NCBI RefSeq assembly: GCF_032191835.1
Contig: NC_083232.1
Location: 930,001-994,000 of the forward strand
Direction of reading: 5' to 3'
DNA length: 64,000 nucleotides
Source: Heteronotia binoei
Lineage: Eukaryota
The first letter of the stretch is position 1, and every line of letters begins with the position of its first letter. Below, one piece after another: positions 25,521 through 37,132 of this stretch. The translations under genes and the position numbers were made by a program. The notes below the pieces were generated by a model. The model had not been told where the DNA came from. It made no database searches and saw only the letters and a list, made by a program, of their open reading frames with translations.

Positions 25521-25762
25521 TGTTCCTGCTCCGCTTTGGCTCTCCCCCTCCCCGTGTCACAGCCCCCCCCCCCTGCCCTTTGCTCATGCTTTCCCCTCCT
25601 GGGCATCAGTCAACACACCACCATTGGTGGGGCAGAGGGGAGGGCGTGAGGCTGGGGCAGCTCTTGGGGGAAGAGGTTAATGAGTGACCGAGATCAGCGG
25701 AGAGGAGCCAGCTTGCGGCTGGTCTCAGGAGCAGACCGTGCGGCGGAACTGCAGAGAGGAGG

Positions 25763-25930
25763 ATGCAACAGCTGCTGGTGCTCTGCTGCTGGGGCCTCGT
25801 GGCCTTGGCCAGCGTGGCCCCCGAGCGCCTGCAGAACAGGACCCTGGAGATGGTGCTGGACGAGTTCCACAACAGGAGCCGCATCTATTACGCCTTTAAG
25901 CAGCAAGCCGTGGTGCCGAGCGTGGAGAGG
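25763..25930 (+). CDS. RARRES2: Chemerin (retinoic acid receptor responder 2), coding exon 1
   Basis: Signal peptide MQQLLVLCCWGLVALASVA followed by LEMVLDEFH..YAFKQ (human LQVALEEFH..WAFQE); donor AGG|gtgagt, phase 0. Confidence 0.88.
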
Positions 25931-26699
25931 GTGAGTGCAGGGCCCCGGAGGTGTCGTTTCCAAAGCCCTCCTGATGGAAGTGGCGCTGGGTGGGGGGAGA
26001 GGCCTGCAGCCTTGCCCTTCTGCCTTGAGCTGCCCCAGAGGTGTACCTTGGCCCAGGTAGAGTTGCCAGCCTCCAGGTGGGGCCTGGAGATCTCCCAGAA
26101 TCACAGATCAGTTCCCCTGGAGGAAACGGATGCCCTGAAAGGCAAAGTCAGTGGCCTTATACCCCATTAGAGGCCCCTCCCTTCCAGCCCTCCCCAAGTC
26201 TCCAGGGATTTTTCAGCCTGAAGTTCCGCTGGAGAAAACGGCTGTTTTGGAGACTGGACTCTACAGCGCTAGACCTCATTGAGATCTCTCTGCTCCCAAA
26301 CCCTGCCCTTCTTGTGCCCCACCCCCAAATCGGGGGCTGGCAACCTTGCGTAGTCCAGGAGGTGATACGTGGGGGTGGGGGCTGAAGCTTGCCTTTCTCC
26401 TGCCCTGGGATTCCCCCCTCATCAGCACAACCTGGGGCACCCGGGGCAAGCAGCAGCAGCACCACCAGCCAAGAAGCCAGAGGCTGGACTGCACTGGGAT
26501 GCTAGAGAGGCCCGAGACATCTCCTGTGGAACTGGAGCTGGGATCCTACCCTGCAAAGCAACAGTGCAGCACACCTCAGAAACATCCTACCTGGCCCATG
26601 TAGCTGTTTTACATACCTTTACCTGTGCAGCTGCAAAATCCTGCTCTTGCCTCAGCCAGCACGGTGTTTCTGTCAGACCCAAGAATGGATCTATCCTGA

Positions 26700-28405
26700 G
26701 AAGAAACAAGGGGCTGCTGAGAAGAAACAGGGCAGAGAGGCTGAGGCCTTCCCCTGAGAAGAACCTCAGAAGAGCCCTGCTGGGTCAGACTAGTGAGGGT
26801 CCATCCAGTCCAGCCTCCTGTCTCACACAATGGTCAACCAGTTCCTCTGGAGGGCCAACAACAGGGCAGAGAGGCCAAGGTCTTCCCCTGAGAACATCAG
26901 AAGAGCCCTGCTGGATCAGACCAGCGAGGGTCCATCTAGTCCAGCCTCCTGTCTCACACAGTGGCCAGCCAGTTCCTCTGGAGGGCCAACAACAGGGCAG
27001 AGAGGCCGAGGCCTTCATAAGAACATCAGAGGAGCCCTGCTGGATCAGACCAGCGAGGGTCCATCTAGTCCAGCCTCCTGTCTCACACAGCAGCCAACCA
27101 GTTCCTCAGGAGGGCCAACAACAGGGCAGAGGCGCTGAGGCCTTCCCCTGAGAAGATCACTAGAAGAACTCTGCTGGGTCAGACCAGAGAGGATCTATCT
27201 AGTCCAGCCTCCTGTCTCACACAGCAGCCAAGCAGTTCCTCTGGAGCGCCAACAGCAGGTCAGAGAGGCTGAGGCCTTCCCCCAAGAACAACCTCAGAAG
27301 AGCCCTGCTGGATCAGACCAGTGAGGGTCCATCTACTCAAGCATCCTGTCTCACAGAGTGCCCAGTCAGTTCCTCTGGAGGGCCCACAACAGGGCTGAGA
27401 GGCTGAGGCCTTCCGCTGAGAAGAACCTCAGAAGAGCCCTGCTGGATCAGACCAGGGAGGGTCCATCTAGTCCAGCCTCCTGTCTCACACAGTGGCCAGC
27501 CAGTTCCTCTGGAGGGCCAACAACAGGGGAGAGAGGCCAAGGCCTTCCCCTGAGAAGAACATCAGAAGAGCCCTGCTGGGTCAGACCAGGGAGGGTCCAT
27601 CTAGTCCAGCCTCCTGTCTTACACAGTTGCCAACCAGTTCCTCTGGAGGGCCAACAACAGGGCAGAGAGGCCAAGGTCTTCCCCTGAGAACATCAGAAGA
27701 GCCCTGCTGGATCAGACCAGTGGGGGTCCATCTAGTCCAGCATCCTGTCTCACAGAGTGCCCAGCCAGTTCCTCTGGAGGGCCCACAACAGGGCAGAGAG
27801 GCTAAGGCCTTCTGCTGAGAAGAACCTCAGAAGAGCCCTGCTGGATCAGACCAGGGAGGGTCCATCTAGTCCAGCCTCCTGTCTCACACAGTGGCCAGCC
27901 AGTTCCTCTGGAGGGCCAACAACAGGGCAGAGAGGCCAAGGCCTTCCCCTGAGAAGAACATCAGAAGAGCCCTGCTGGGTCAGACCAGGGAGGGTCCATC
28001 TAGTCCAGCCTCCTGTCTCACACAGTGGCCAGCCAGTTCCTCTGGAGGGCCAACAACAGGGCAGAGAGGCTGAGGCCTTCCCCTCATGTTGCCTCCTGGC
28101 TCTGGGATTCAGAGGATTAGTACCTCAGAATGTGGAAGTTCCCCTCATGTGACATGTGGAAGCCACCACGGCTATCAGTCACAGATAGACTTATCCTCCA
28201 TGAATCTATCTAACTCCCTTTCAAAGCTGTGGCCATCACTGCATCCTCTGGCAGTGAATTCCACATTTTAACCACCCTTTGTGTCAAGTAATATTCCCTT
28301 TTGTCTGTCTTGGCCTCCTGCCCATCAGTTTCACTGGCTGCCAGACTCTTCAGCCTTTCCTCCTTGGGAAGGTCCTCCAGCCTCTGAATCGTCCTGGTGA
28401 CGCTC
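26700..28405 (-). repeat. Tandem array, about 10 x 131-134 bp, of a CR1 3' terminus plus an extended CR1 copy (28085-28405)
   Basis: agaagagccctgctggatcagacc recurs every ~133 bp from 26768 to 27964; lies in a RARRES2 intron. Confidence 0.92.
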
Positions 28406-28584
28406 TCCGTCCTAAAAGGGCCAGCAGAGTGTAATGGTTAAGAGTGCAGGGACTAGGATCTGGAAGACCCAGGTTCGAATCCCCACTTGAATTGATCCAG
28501 TTCCTTGAAATGCCCAGGAATGGCCCAAGCTGTAAGAGAACTCAGAGAGAAGCAAGTGGAGCTGTGGAGAAGCACAGTGCTGTG

Positions 28585-28770
28585 GAGGGGCCGTGGCACA
28601 GGGGAAGAGCCTCTGCTTGGCATGCGGAAGGTCTCAGGTTCAATCCCCGACATCTCCAGTTTAAAACCATACAGTAGGTAATGTGAGACCCCGGCAGTTG
28701 CAGTCAGTCTGAATAGACAAGACTGACTTTGAAGGGCTTTTGAGGGTCTGGTTCAGCATAAGGCAGCTTC
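28585..28770 (+). mobile_element. tRNA-derived SINE
   Basis: Degenerate head and gtctgaatagacaagactgactttga body. Confidence 0.65.
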
Positions 28771-28958
28771 ACCAGAGTGGGAGAGGCCACCCTCTCGCAA
28801 GGAGGATGCAGGATCTCAGGGGCTTGAGAGAAGAGGAGGCTTCCAGGAGCACATCACCCAGTGCTCCTCAAGGCTGCCCTTATCTCGGGATGGCTGGGTG
28901 GAGAGGGAGGTGGGGAGGGGATGCCTTGCAGCCTGGACCCTCTTCTGTTTGGTCCCAG

Positions 28959-29063
28959 CAGCTCCAGATGGGGACCTTCGTCCAGCTGGAAGTCGATCTC
29001 GTTCAGACGGTTTGCTTGAAACAGCTACGAGGGACGCAGAACTGCCAGATGAAGCCAGGCGGG
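28959..29063 (+). CDS. RARRES2: Chemerin coding exon 2
   Basis: 105 bp, QLQMGTFVQLEVDLVQTVCLKQLRGTQNCQMKPGG (human AGIFVRLEFKLQQTSC..C.VRPNG); canonical AG/GT. Confidence 0.9.
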
Positions 29064-29439
29064 GTGAGCCTCAATACCCCCTACTGAAATGCCTTTGGGC
29101 TGCACTGCCTGTCACTGGGGGGGGGGGGCAGGTTTCTTTTCAGCACAGTGATCGTCTTTGTCCACATAATAAGCCCAAAGCCCATCGATATGTGAGAGGT
29201 TCACCCCGCCTCTGATGCTCTTGGCCCCAGTCCCGTCTTGCGCACTATGGGGCGCCTCCTACCAGGCCCAGCCTACTAACAGTGGTGTTTTCCTCCCGAG
29301 AAAGGAGCCGTCTCCTGACAGAGGATGTTAATCTGATCCTGGCAAATCCTGAAGTTTGGCCAAGTTCTCAGACTTCCTGGGAAATAAAGCAGAATTTCCC
29401 AGGACAGGACTTGGCATCCTGGCTAAGCAACATCCCTAA

Positions 29440-29985
29440 TTGGACCAAATTATTTCTTCTTGTTTTCTGTGGCCCCGGAAGGTAGGATCAGAACCAACGG
29501 GTTGAAATGAAATCAAGAGTTTCCGGCTCAACATTAGGAAGAACTTCCTGACTGTTAGAGCGGTTCCTCAGTGGGACAGGCTTCCTCCTTGGGAGGTGGT
29601 GGGCTCTCCTTCCGTGGAAGGTTTTTAAACAGAAGCTAGATGGCCATCTGACAGCAATGAGGATCCTGTGAATTTAGGGGGAAGTGTTTGTGAGTTTCCT
29701 GCATTGTGCAGGGGGTTGGACTAGATGACCCTGAAGGTCCCTTCCAACTCTAGGATTCTATGCACTTCCTGGACATTAGAGCGGTTCCTCAGTGGAACAG
29801 GCTTCCTCGGGAGGTGGTGGGCTCTCCTTCCTTGGAGGTTTTTACATAGAGGCTAGATGGCCATCTGACAGCATTGAGGATCCTGTGAATTTAGGGGGAG
29901 GTGTTTGTGAGTTTCCTGCATTGTGCAGGGGGTTGGACTAGATGACCCTGGAGGTCCCTTCCAACTCTAGGATTCTGTGATTCTG
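29440..29985 (+). mobile_element. Two tandem CR1 3' ends
   Basis: Repeated agagcggttcctcagtgg..ttccaactctaggattct. Confidence 0.8.
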
Positions 29986-30926
29986 ACTCCACAGCCAATC
30001 AAGGCAAAGCATAACGTTCCTCAGTCTACTGCAGGCAGGGAAATCTGGCAGGACATCTTCAGGATCCAGTGAATGGGGAAGGGGTGGGGGAGAGAAGATA
30101 TCACAGCTAGCGGCCTGTGTCCATGGGATCCAGATGTTGGGGGTGGTTCAGCCTAGCCTGACAGCCTGGGGGGAGGAGCTTATTCCACTGAGCCGGCTCC
30201 GGTCAGTGAGTGTGAGAGCATCTGGGGGAAAGAGGCACCCACGTTCCCAGGGGCATGTCCAGGACTCCCCATTCCAGCTCCCAGTGCCGCTGTGCGGATG
30301 AGCAGAGCACCTTCAGGCTGGCATCCGGGTCCTTGCCTGCTTCAGACGTTGGGTGCTGCTCTGCTAGTGTCCTGGTGTTGGAAGCAGGCAGGAGCAGCAA
30401 GCAAAGCAGTGCCCCAGATGCATCCCCTCTGCTGCTCCGATTGGCCCTCGGCCCCCAATTTCATGCCCCTATGCTGGTGCTGCGCTCCACAGCTTGTTAA
30501 GCAGCTTCAGAGATGGCTGCCAAGCTCCCGTGGGCTGAATATGGCCCCACGATCAGAAGCTGCCCGCCTCTCTGAGCTGCAGTTGGTCTTACGCCCCTTC
30601 AGTGGTCACCTGCGCCCACGCAGAAGCTGAAGCTCCCTTTTGGAGATGTTCAGCATGGAAGAACAGCCTTTTTGGAGGTGGGATGTCCCAGCCCTCGCTC
30701 ACCTGGCCAGTCTAGAAGATCCAAACTTTAGGGAGGCATCTCTTGTGCAACCAGCCCTTACACCAAGTCACGCTCTGTGCAGCCCTGGAGTCTCCTGGGC
30801 AGAGAAAGGGCTTTCCCAGCTGATCTCCCTGCATCCTTTTGCCTGGGAAATGCCAGAGGGAGGCTGGAAGCAGGACCCCCTCCCACCCTTCTGGGCCTCT
30901 CTCTCTTTCTCTCCCTGTATGTGCAG

Positions 30927-31025
30927 AGGAAGCAGAAGTGTCTGGCTTGCTTCAAATTCAACCCCAATGGAGAGATATTGGACAAATCGATGCGGTGCCT
31001 GTCGCAGCAAGTGCCAATCTTCCAG
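30927..31025 (+). CDS. RARRES2: Chemerin coding exon 3
   Basis: 99 bp, RKQKCLACFKFNPNGEILDKSMRCLSQQVPIFQ (human KRKCLACIKL..VHCP); strong pyrimidine tract. Confidence 0.92.
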
Positions 31026-31374
31026 GTGGGCCTTTTCCTCCTGTCCTTGGTGTGGCCGCTCAGGTCAGGGCCCGTGGGAGGGGGTTGGAGGACTGCAGGG
31101 AGAGCTCTACGAGGCGGGGTGGGGTGGGGTGTAACACTCCTTTGTTATGAGGGCCGGATCTGACCTTATTGGGCTGGGCCACCTGTGCCATAAAATGTCA
31201 TGCCAGGAAGTGGAGATACAAACTTTATAAAGGACACACAGGTGCTTTTTTAAAAAAGGTGCTTTCTTTGTATTTCTCCCATGGGATCCGGGGAACTGGG
31301 CAAAGGGAGCTCTGGCTCTTTCCTTCCTTCCCCAGGGGACTGGAAGGGGGGAGTCTCAGCCAATAGAAGGGAGG

Positions 31375-31645
31375 CTTGGCTCAACTATTCTGTTGTCTGA
31401 CAGATAGCCTGGTAAAGCAAGTTCTCCCTCCCCAAGGGAGGAACCTCAGCCAATGGAAAAAGTAGAGGCTTTGCTCTGCAGCTCTGATGTGAATGAGCAA
31501 GTCTGGCAAAGCAAGCTGTGATCCAGAAGGAAGCAAGAGAGGGGGAGAAGGAACTTGGAAGACTTGTTTGTGGTCCTGACAGGAGCCCTCTGGGGGCCTC
31601 ATCTGGCCCCCAGGTTGCATGTTTGACACCCCTGTGTAGAGTAGC
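31375..31645. mobile_element. MITE fragment (hAT-like)
   Basis: Ends ggccccaggttgcatgtttgacacccctg, a typical hAT MITE terminus. Confidence 0.45.
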
Positions 31646-32964
31646 AAGGCCATTGGCTTCAGGCGTGACTGGGGGGAGACCTAATTCAGGCCCCTGGTGG
31701 AAGCCAAGCCGGTCTGGCTTCAATCTGGCAGGCACAAGACAGGGCCGCCAGTCTCCAGGTGGTCCCTGCGGATCTCCAGACCCCCCGGGTGAAACGGATG
31801 CTTTAGAAGGTGGACTCTACTATGGCATTACTTGGCCTCCCTAAGCTCCGCCCTGCAAATCTCCAGGAATTTCCCAGAGTTGGCAACTCTAAAAGACAGG
31901 CCGCTAGAGCCCTTCCTCCCTCCCCCCCCATACATTGCTTTCCCCTTCATCGGTGTGTGTGGGGGGGGTGCATAACTGCCATCAGTGTTGGAAGATGTAA
32001 TGGGGCTGCATAGTTGATGCCCCCTGTTGTCTTGGTCTGGACATCTGAGCGTAACTGTTGACATGGAACCACACCCACGCGTTCCCAAGGGCCCAGTGTT
32101 TTGCTCTTGTGCTGCTGCTGAGGGGCCGAGTCTTGCCCCCACCCCCCGCCCCGCCCAGGAAGTCCTCAGTGCTCAGGCAGGCCGGGCCAGGGCCAGATCT
32201 TCTGCCGCTCACCCTGGCGAAACTGACATTCTGGCGCAGGGCCTGCCCCAAAGCGAGGTGTGCCCTCAGAATGGAAAGCTGCCGCTGCCAGCACACCTGG
32301 GGGTGGGGGGAGGGCAGCTGTCCAGGCCCAGAGCTGCCAGGGGAGGGGGGAGCAAACAGAGGGGGGCAGGGGTGGGCTAAATAAGGTGGACACCCAGCAC
32401 TCTCCTCCCTCCTGAAACTTCCCTGCCCTTTCTTGTGGGGAGCCTTTTCCCATCTCTTCCTGCCTTCTGGGCTTCCGCAGGGGAAGGGCCCTTTGCATGC
32501 CGAGGACAGGCCAGCTGTGAGGCTGAGCCTGGTCAGGATTCTTAGCCCCCCTTCTTCTCCCCTGAAAGGGCCAGCGGGTGCACCCCCAGCTGACCCCTCC
32601 CGCCGGACCGGAGCCCAGAAAAAGAAGTAAAGGATGGGAGAGAGCCAGTCCCCTCCCCCATCCTTCTGCCCGCATGAGGTGTCCCTTTTCCTCCTCCGTT
32701 CATCGTGGGCTGTGAAGAAGAAGCCTCTTCTTCCTGGGGGCCTTGTCCCCCCTGCCCCTCGAAGGGAGGGTGGGCGGCTCGTTCAGACAGACAGAGCGGT
32801 TGAAGCAGCGGCTGGAGCCTCAGCCTCCAAAACCCCTCTCTGCTTCGCTGCAAGAGATCCAGCCCACGAGGTCCTTGCTGGAGCAGCCCTCAAGATCTGC
32901 AGAGCCCTCCTGAGACGCTCAAGCAGGCCGCTTCAGCCCCCTGCCCTTTTGGCCGCCCCTGCAG

Positions 32965-33072
32965 GAAGTGTGGAAGAAGCAGGAGCAGGAATGCGAGAAT
33001 GTCAAGCTGACGGGGGAAGACCGCTACCGGCCCGGCGTCTTTGCCTTTATCAGCCAGCTCCCGGATGGGTGA
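32965..33072 (+). CDS. RARRES2: Chemerin coding exon 4 (stop at 33070-33072); protein 159 aa with six conserved Cys
   Basis: EVWKKQEQECENVKLTGEDRYRPGVFAFISQLPDG* (human EAEEHQETQCLRVQRAGEDPHSFYFPGQFAFSKALPRS). Confidence 0.9.
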   Translation, partial: EVWKKQEQECENVKLTGEDRYRPGVFAFISQLPDG

Positions 33073-33524
33073 CTGAAGGGGCTCCCCCGGAGGGAAGGAG
33101 GCCGAGGGAGTCCTCTGGTAAGTGCTCTGCTGTCCCCCCCACTTCCAGCCGGAGGAACCGCAGGGGCAGTGAAGCTCCAGAGCTGGGCGGTCTCTTCAGA
33201 GGCCTAAAAGGGGTCAGTGACCGAGGTGGAGAGAAGGCACCTTTGGAGCCAGGAAGGGGAAGCAGAGAGCGAGGCCCCCTCCAGCAGCTGCTGGGCACTG
33301 AGAGAAGGCTGTAAGAAGGGAGCTTTCTCCACCAGCCCTCCTGCTGCCTGAATAGCCCCCCTCCCTGCCTCCCCCACAAAAACCCCTTCTTTATGCACCA
33401 AGTCATTACTGCGGGGGGGGGGGCAATGTTGGTGGGTCCCCTCGGTTCTGGGCTTCCCTCCCCTGAGCCCCCGGCTCATCCCTCCGGGACCTCCTGTCTC
33501 CCTCCCTCTCCTTCTCCCACTCAG

Positions 33525-33675
33525 ATGAGCCCCACACTCAACAACCTCTGCGGTGACTTCCGGCCCAAGAAAGCAGCAGCCCGGCAGAGCGGCTTCCACC
33601 CAGGGGGCTCATCCCCACCCCAGAGGAGTCTGCCGCTTCCTCGGCCCAGCTTTCGGTCTCTATGTCTGCAATAAA
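33525..33675 (+). other. RARRES2: Probable non-coding last exon of RARRES2 with AATAAA at 33670-33675
   Basis: Donor CTG|gtaagt at 33117/33118, acceptor ctccttctcccactcag| at 33524/33525. Confidence 0.65.
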
Positions 33676-33814
33676 GATGCCACCCTCCCAATACTGGCTT
33701 ATTTCAATCAGGGACAGGTGTCTGGAGAGGGCCTGTCTACCTGTCTCCCCCCACCAGCAGATCTGCTCCTGAAGTGCCCCTGGGATGGGGCCATGCTGCT
33801 GTGCTCAAGGCATT

Positions 33815-34450
33815 GAGGGGGAGGGATTGGTGAGTTTCCTGCATTGTGCAGGGGGGTGGACTAGATGACCCTGGAGGTACCTTCCAACACTTCTATGATT
33901 CTAACAGGCTTCCTCCTTGGGAGGTGGTGGGCTCTCCTTCCTTGGAGGTTTCTAAACAGAGGCTAGATGGCCGTCTGACAGCAATGAGGATCCTGTGGAT
34001 TGAGGGGGAGGTGTTTGTGAGTTTCCTGCATTGTGCAGGGGGTTGGACTAGATGACCCTGGAGGACTCTTCCAACTCTATGAATCTATGATTCCTGACCA
34101 TTAGAGTAATTCCTCAGTGGAACAGGCTTCCTCAGGAGGTGGTGGGTTCTCCTCCCTTGGAAGTTTTTAAACAAACAGAGGCTAGATGGCCATCTGACAG
34201 CAATGAAGATCCTGTGAATTTAGGGGGAGGTATTTGTGAGTTTAGAGTGGTTCCTCAGCGGAACAGGCTTCCTCCTTGGGAGGTGGTGGGCTCTCCTTCC
34301 TTGGAGGTTTTGAAACAGAGGCTAGATGGCCATCTGACAGCAATGAGGATCCTGTGAGTTTAGGGGGAGGTGTTTGTGAGTTTCCTGCATTGTGCAGGGG
34401 GTTGGACTAGATGACCCTGGAGGTCCCTTCCAACTCTATGATTCTGTGAC
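33815..34450 (+). mobile_element. Four head-to-tail CR1 3' fragments of unequal length
   Basis: Repeated aacaggcttcctccttgggaggtggtggg..gattct segments. Confidence 0.8.
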
Positions 34451-34910
34451 CCTGCAAACAAAGCAAAGCCAAGGGCATCTGTCTCAGGGAAGAAGAAGAG
34501 TGGGTTTTGTACCCCGTCCATTACCCGAAGGAGTCTCTGAGCAGCTTCTGATCGCCTTCCCCTCCTCCCCACACAACAGACACCTTGGGAGGCAGGCAGG
34601 TGGGGCTGAGAGAGCTCTGAGAACTGTGACTGACCCAAGGTCACCCAGCAGGCTGCATGTGGGGGGGGGGAAGCAGGGAATCAAGCCTGCTGCTCTTAAC
34701 CACGACACCCCTCTGGCTCTGGGAACGGAGTGGGGGGGGGGGGAACAGCAGAGGATGGGAGCAACTGCCTGCTCTTTGGGAGGGCCAGAGAGAGGCTGAG
34801 CTGCTCCCTGGCCGGGCACGTGGTCTTCTGCAGCCCACCCAGGACCTGGAGAGAAGGAACGGAAGGCAGAAAGGCAAGGAAGCCACGCCTGAGGCTTGGG
34901 AAACACCCCA

Positions 34911-34916
34911 TTTATT
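34911..34916 (-). terminator. Poly(A) signal, probable LRRC61 3' end
   Basis: Minus-strand AATAAA about 1.4 kb after the stop codon. Confidence 0.55.
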
Positions 34917-36340
34917 TAACCCAGGAAAACGTGCACAGCAAGGCATGCAGGGCCCCACCCCCTGGAGGAGCATCTAGACGTCAGACCTCAAAGCCCCTGC
35001 AAGTTTCCAGAACATCTCGCAGAGTGGAACCCCTCCAACCCCCCCCCCCCCGGTGTGTCCCTCGAGGGCACTTTGAGCCCACCTTCCTTGATCTTCCTGG
35101 CCCCCCCTCCTCAGAGCAGCTCCTCCTTCTGTGCTGCTGGGCTCCATTCTCTGCCCCCAGGCCCAGAGACCCAAGTGGAACGGCCATGCTTGGACCCCCC
35201 CCCCCCCCCATAGCCAGGCGAGAAATGGGGAAGCGCGGCCCAAGGATCCCCACAGTGGAACCTGAGTCTTCCGTTGGCCTTGGTGGCAGGTGGGATGCTA
35301 GGGAGAGGAGGGCATCCCAGCACTGGCACCAGGTCTGGCTGGTTGGCTCAGGATACGATGGACTTCTGGGAGAGAAGGAGGCCAGTGCCTTGACCCCGTG
35401 GTGCCGTGATGTGCACCATCATTGTCAGCTCAGCCCCTTGGTGGAGAGAGGCCTGGTAGGACGGAGGGCACCAGAAAGGTGGAGTCTCCAGAGCCAGCCA
35501 GCTGGCACTCCGGGACGGGGCAGGTGGAAACAGCTGGCGGGTAAACCCTTCCTTCAGGCCCAGGAGACCGGCTCCCTCCTGTGGCTTCGAACTCCGAGCT
35601 CCAGCTCCCACAACAGCCTGTGTGAAGTTGTGCCTGACGGCTGCCCTGTGGGGTGAAGCATTGTGAGCCCCCACAAGTGCAGAGAACAGCCAGCCCCTCC
35701 TCCAGGATCGGGGCCGCTGGTGCTGAACACGCAGCGGAGAATCATCGAGGCTGCTGTCCTAAGCTGGAGGGGCCATGCCAGAGGACAGGGTTTGATGGGG
35801 TTGCTCACGAGGAAGCACGCCACGTCCCCAGCCCTTGAGAACAGACAAATTCCCAGGAGCTGCGTGCGAGGAGAACCACCTGCATCCTGGAGCTGAGAAC
35901 GCTCCCGTTGGCATTGCAAATGCCAGATCTTTTTTTGAATTGGTTCAGATGTTCCAGCTTTCCTCTTCAAGAACTCGGGGAATTTTTCTTTCTAAAAAGT
36001 GCCAAGAAGTCTGGCCCTTTAGCTCTGATTCCCAGAAATCCAAACCTGGTTGGGGGGTGGGGGAGGGGGGGGAGGTGGGCAGCTGTGGTGGTTGGAAGGA
36101 AGCAGCAGAGCAAAGTCTGAGGCCAGGGGCACCCCGAAGGCCCACAAAGTTTCCCTTTGCCCAGAACAAAGCTTCCTCAGTCTTCAGGATGCCACTGGAC
36201 TCAGACTTCCTGCTGCTGCTTCAAAGCAGTATGGCTGCCATCTGAAGGAAGCGGAGCCGTCAGAGAAGAGCTGGAGCTGGGAGCCAGCAGAAACCCGCAA
36301 GGGCACCAGGGACTGGGGGCCTGGCTGGTCTTGGGTCTGC

Positions 36341-37132
36341 TCAGAAGACGTAGGAGCTTGGGTCCGGGCGGAGGTTCAGAGCGCGCTCAGCCTGGGCGAT
36401 GGTGTCCTCGGCTCGCTTGCTCAGCTCCCGGCACTCCTGCAGTACCTCGCTGAACTGCTTGTAGGCCTCTTCCACAATGGAGCTCCGGCGGGTGGGGCGC
36501 AGGTCCCAGTAGCCCTCTGCCACCCACGGCTTGGCCGAGCCACCGAGCTCCGCGATGCCCACCCCGCTGCCGCCGCTGGGGAAGCGCTTGAGGGAGCTGT
36601 CCAGGTCCTTGCACAACTGGTAGAGCTCGCTGCCCCGCCCGGAGACCCTCTCCCCGTCAATCACCTTGAGGCCGGGGAACATCTCAGCCATGGCGTGGCG
36701 GTAGCCGGGGGTGGCGCAGACAGGGTTGCTGAGGCCCCCCGCCCTCGGGCTGCTGAGCCGCAGGTTCTCCAGGCCCCGCAGCCCCAACAGGCACTGCAGC
36801 TGCTGCAGGCTGCTCACCAGGTTGCCGGCCGCGTTGAGGCTCTGCAGGTTCTCGCAGCCGGCCAGGGGCTCCAGGCTGGCCACGCGGTTGGAGGAGATGT
36901 TGAGGACGGCCAGGGCCTTCAGGGCGGAGAGCGGGCCCAGGTGGGCGATGGCATTGCCCGAGAGGTCCAGCCACTCCAGGCTCGAGCACTCCCCCAGGCA
37001 GCCCAGGTCGGAGAGGCCCAGCCCCGGCAGCTTCAGCAGCAGGATGGACTCCAGGTCGAACTCGCCCGTCTTGGCCTTCAGCAGCTGGGAGGTGATCCGC
37101 ACCGTCTCCACGGCCTCCTCCCCTTTCTCCAT
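36341..37132 (-). CDS. LRRC61: Leucine-rich repeat-containing protein 61 (single coding exon, 263 aa)
   Basis: ITSQLLKAKTGEFDLESILLLKLPGLGL..LEWLDLSGN..LAVLNISSNR..LKVIDGERV match LRRC61; acceptor at 37217; convergent with RARRES2 as in mammals. Confidence 0.93.
   Translation of the reverse strand: MEKGEEAVETVRITSQLLKAKTGEFDLESILLLKLPGLGLSDLGCLGECSSLEWLDLSGNAIAHLGPLSALKALAVLNISSNRVASLEPLAGCENLQSLNAAGNLVSSLQQLQCLLGLRGLENLRLSSPRAGGLSNPVCATPGYRHAMAEMFPGLKVIDGERVSGRGSELYQLCKDLDSSLKRFPSGGSGVGIAELGGSAKPWVAEGYWDLRPTRRSSIVEEAYKQFSEVLQECRELSKRAEDTIAQAERALNLRPDPSSYVF

Noticed and set aside
32160-32260. Candidate chemerin exon EVLSAQAGRAR...
   Set aside because: No similarity to chemerin; the exon at 32965 supplies the sixth Cys and the FAF motif in frame.
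33700-34900. ZBED6CL or another domesticated transposase between RARRES2 and LRRC61
   Set aside because: The interval holds only CR1 ends and a SINE-like piece; no transposase ORF.
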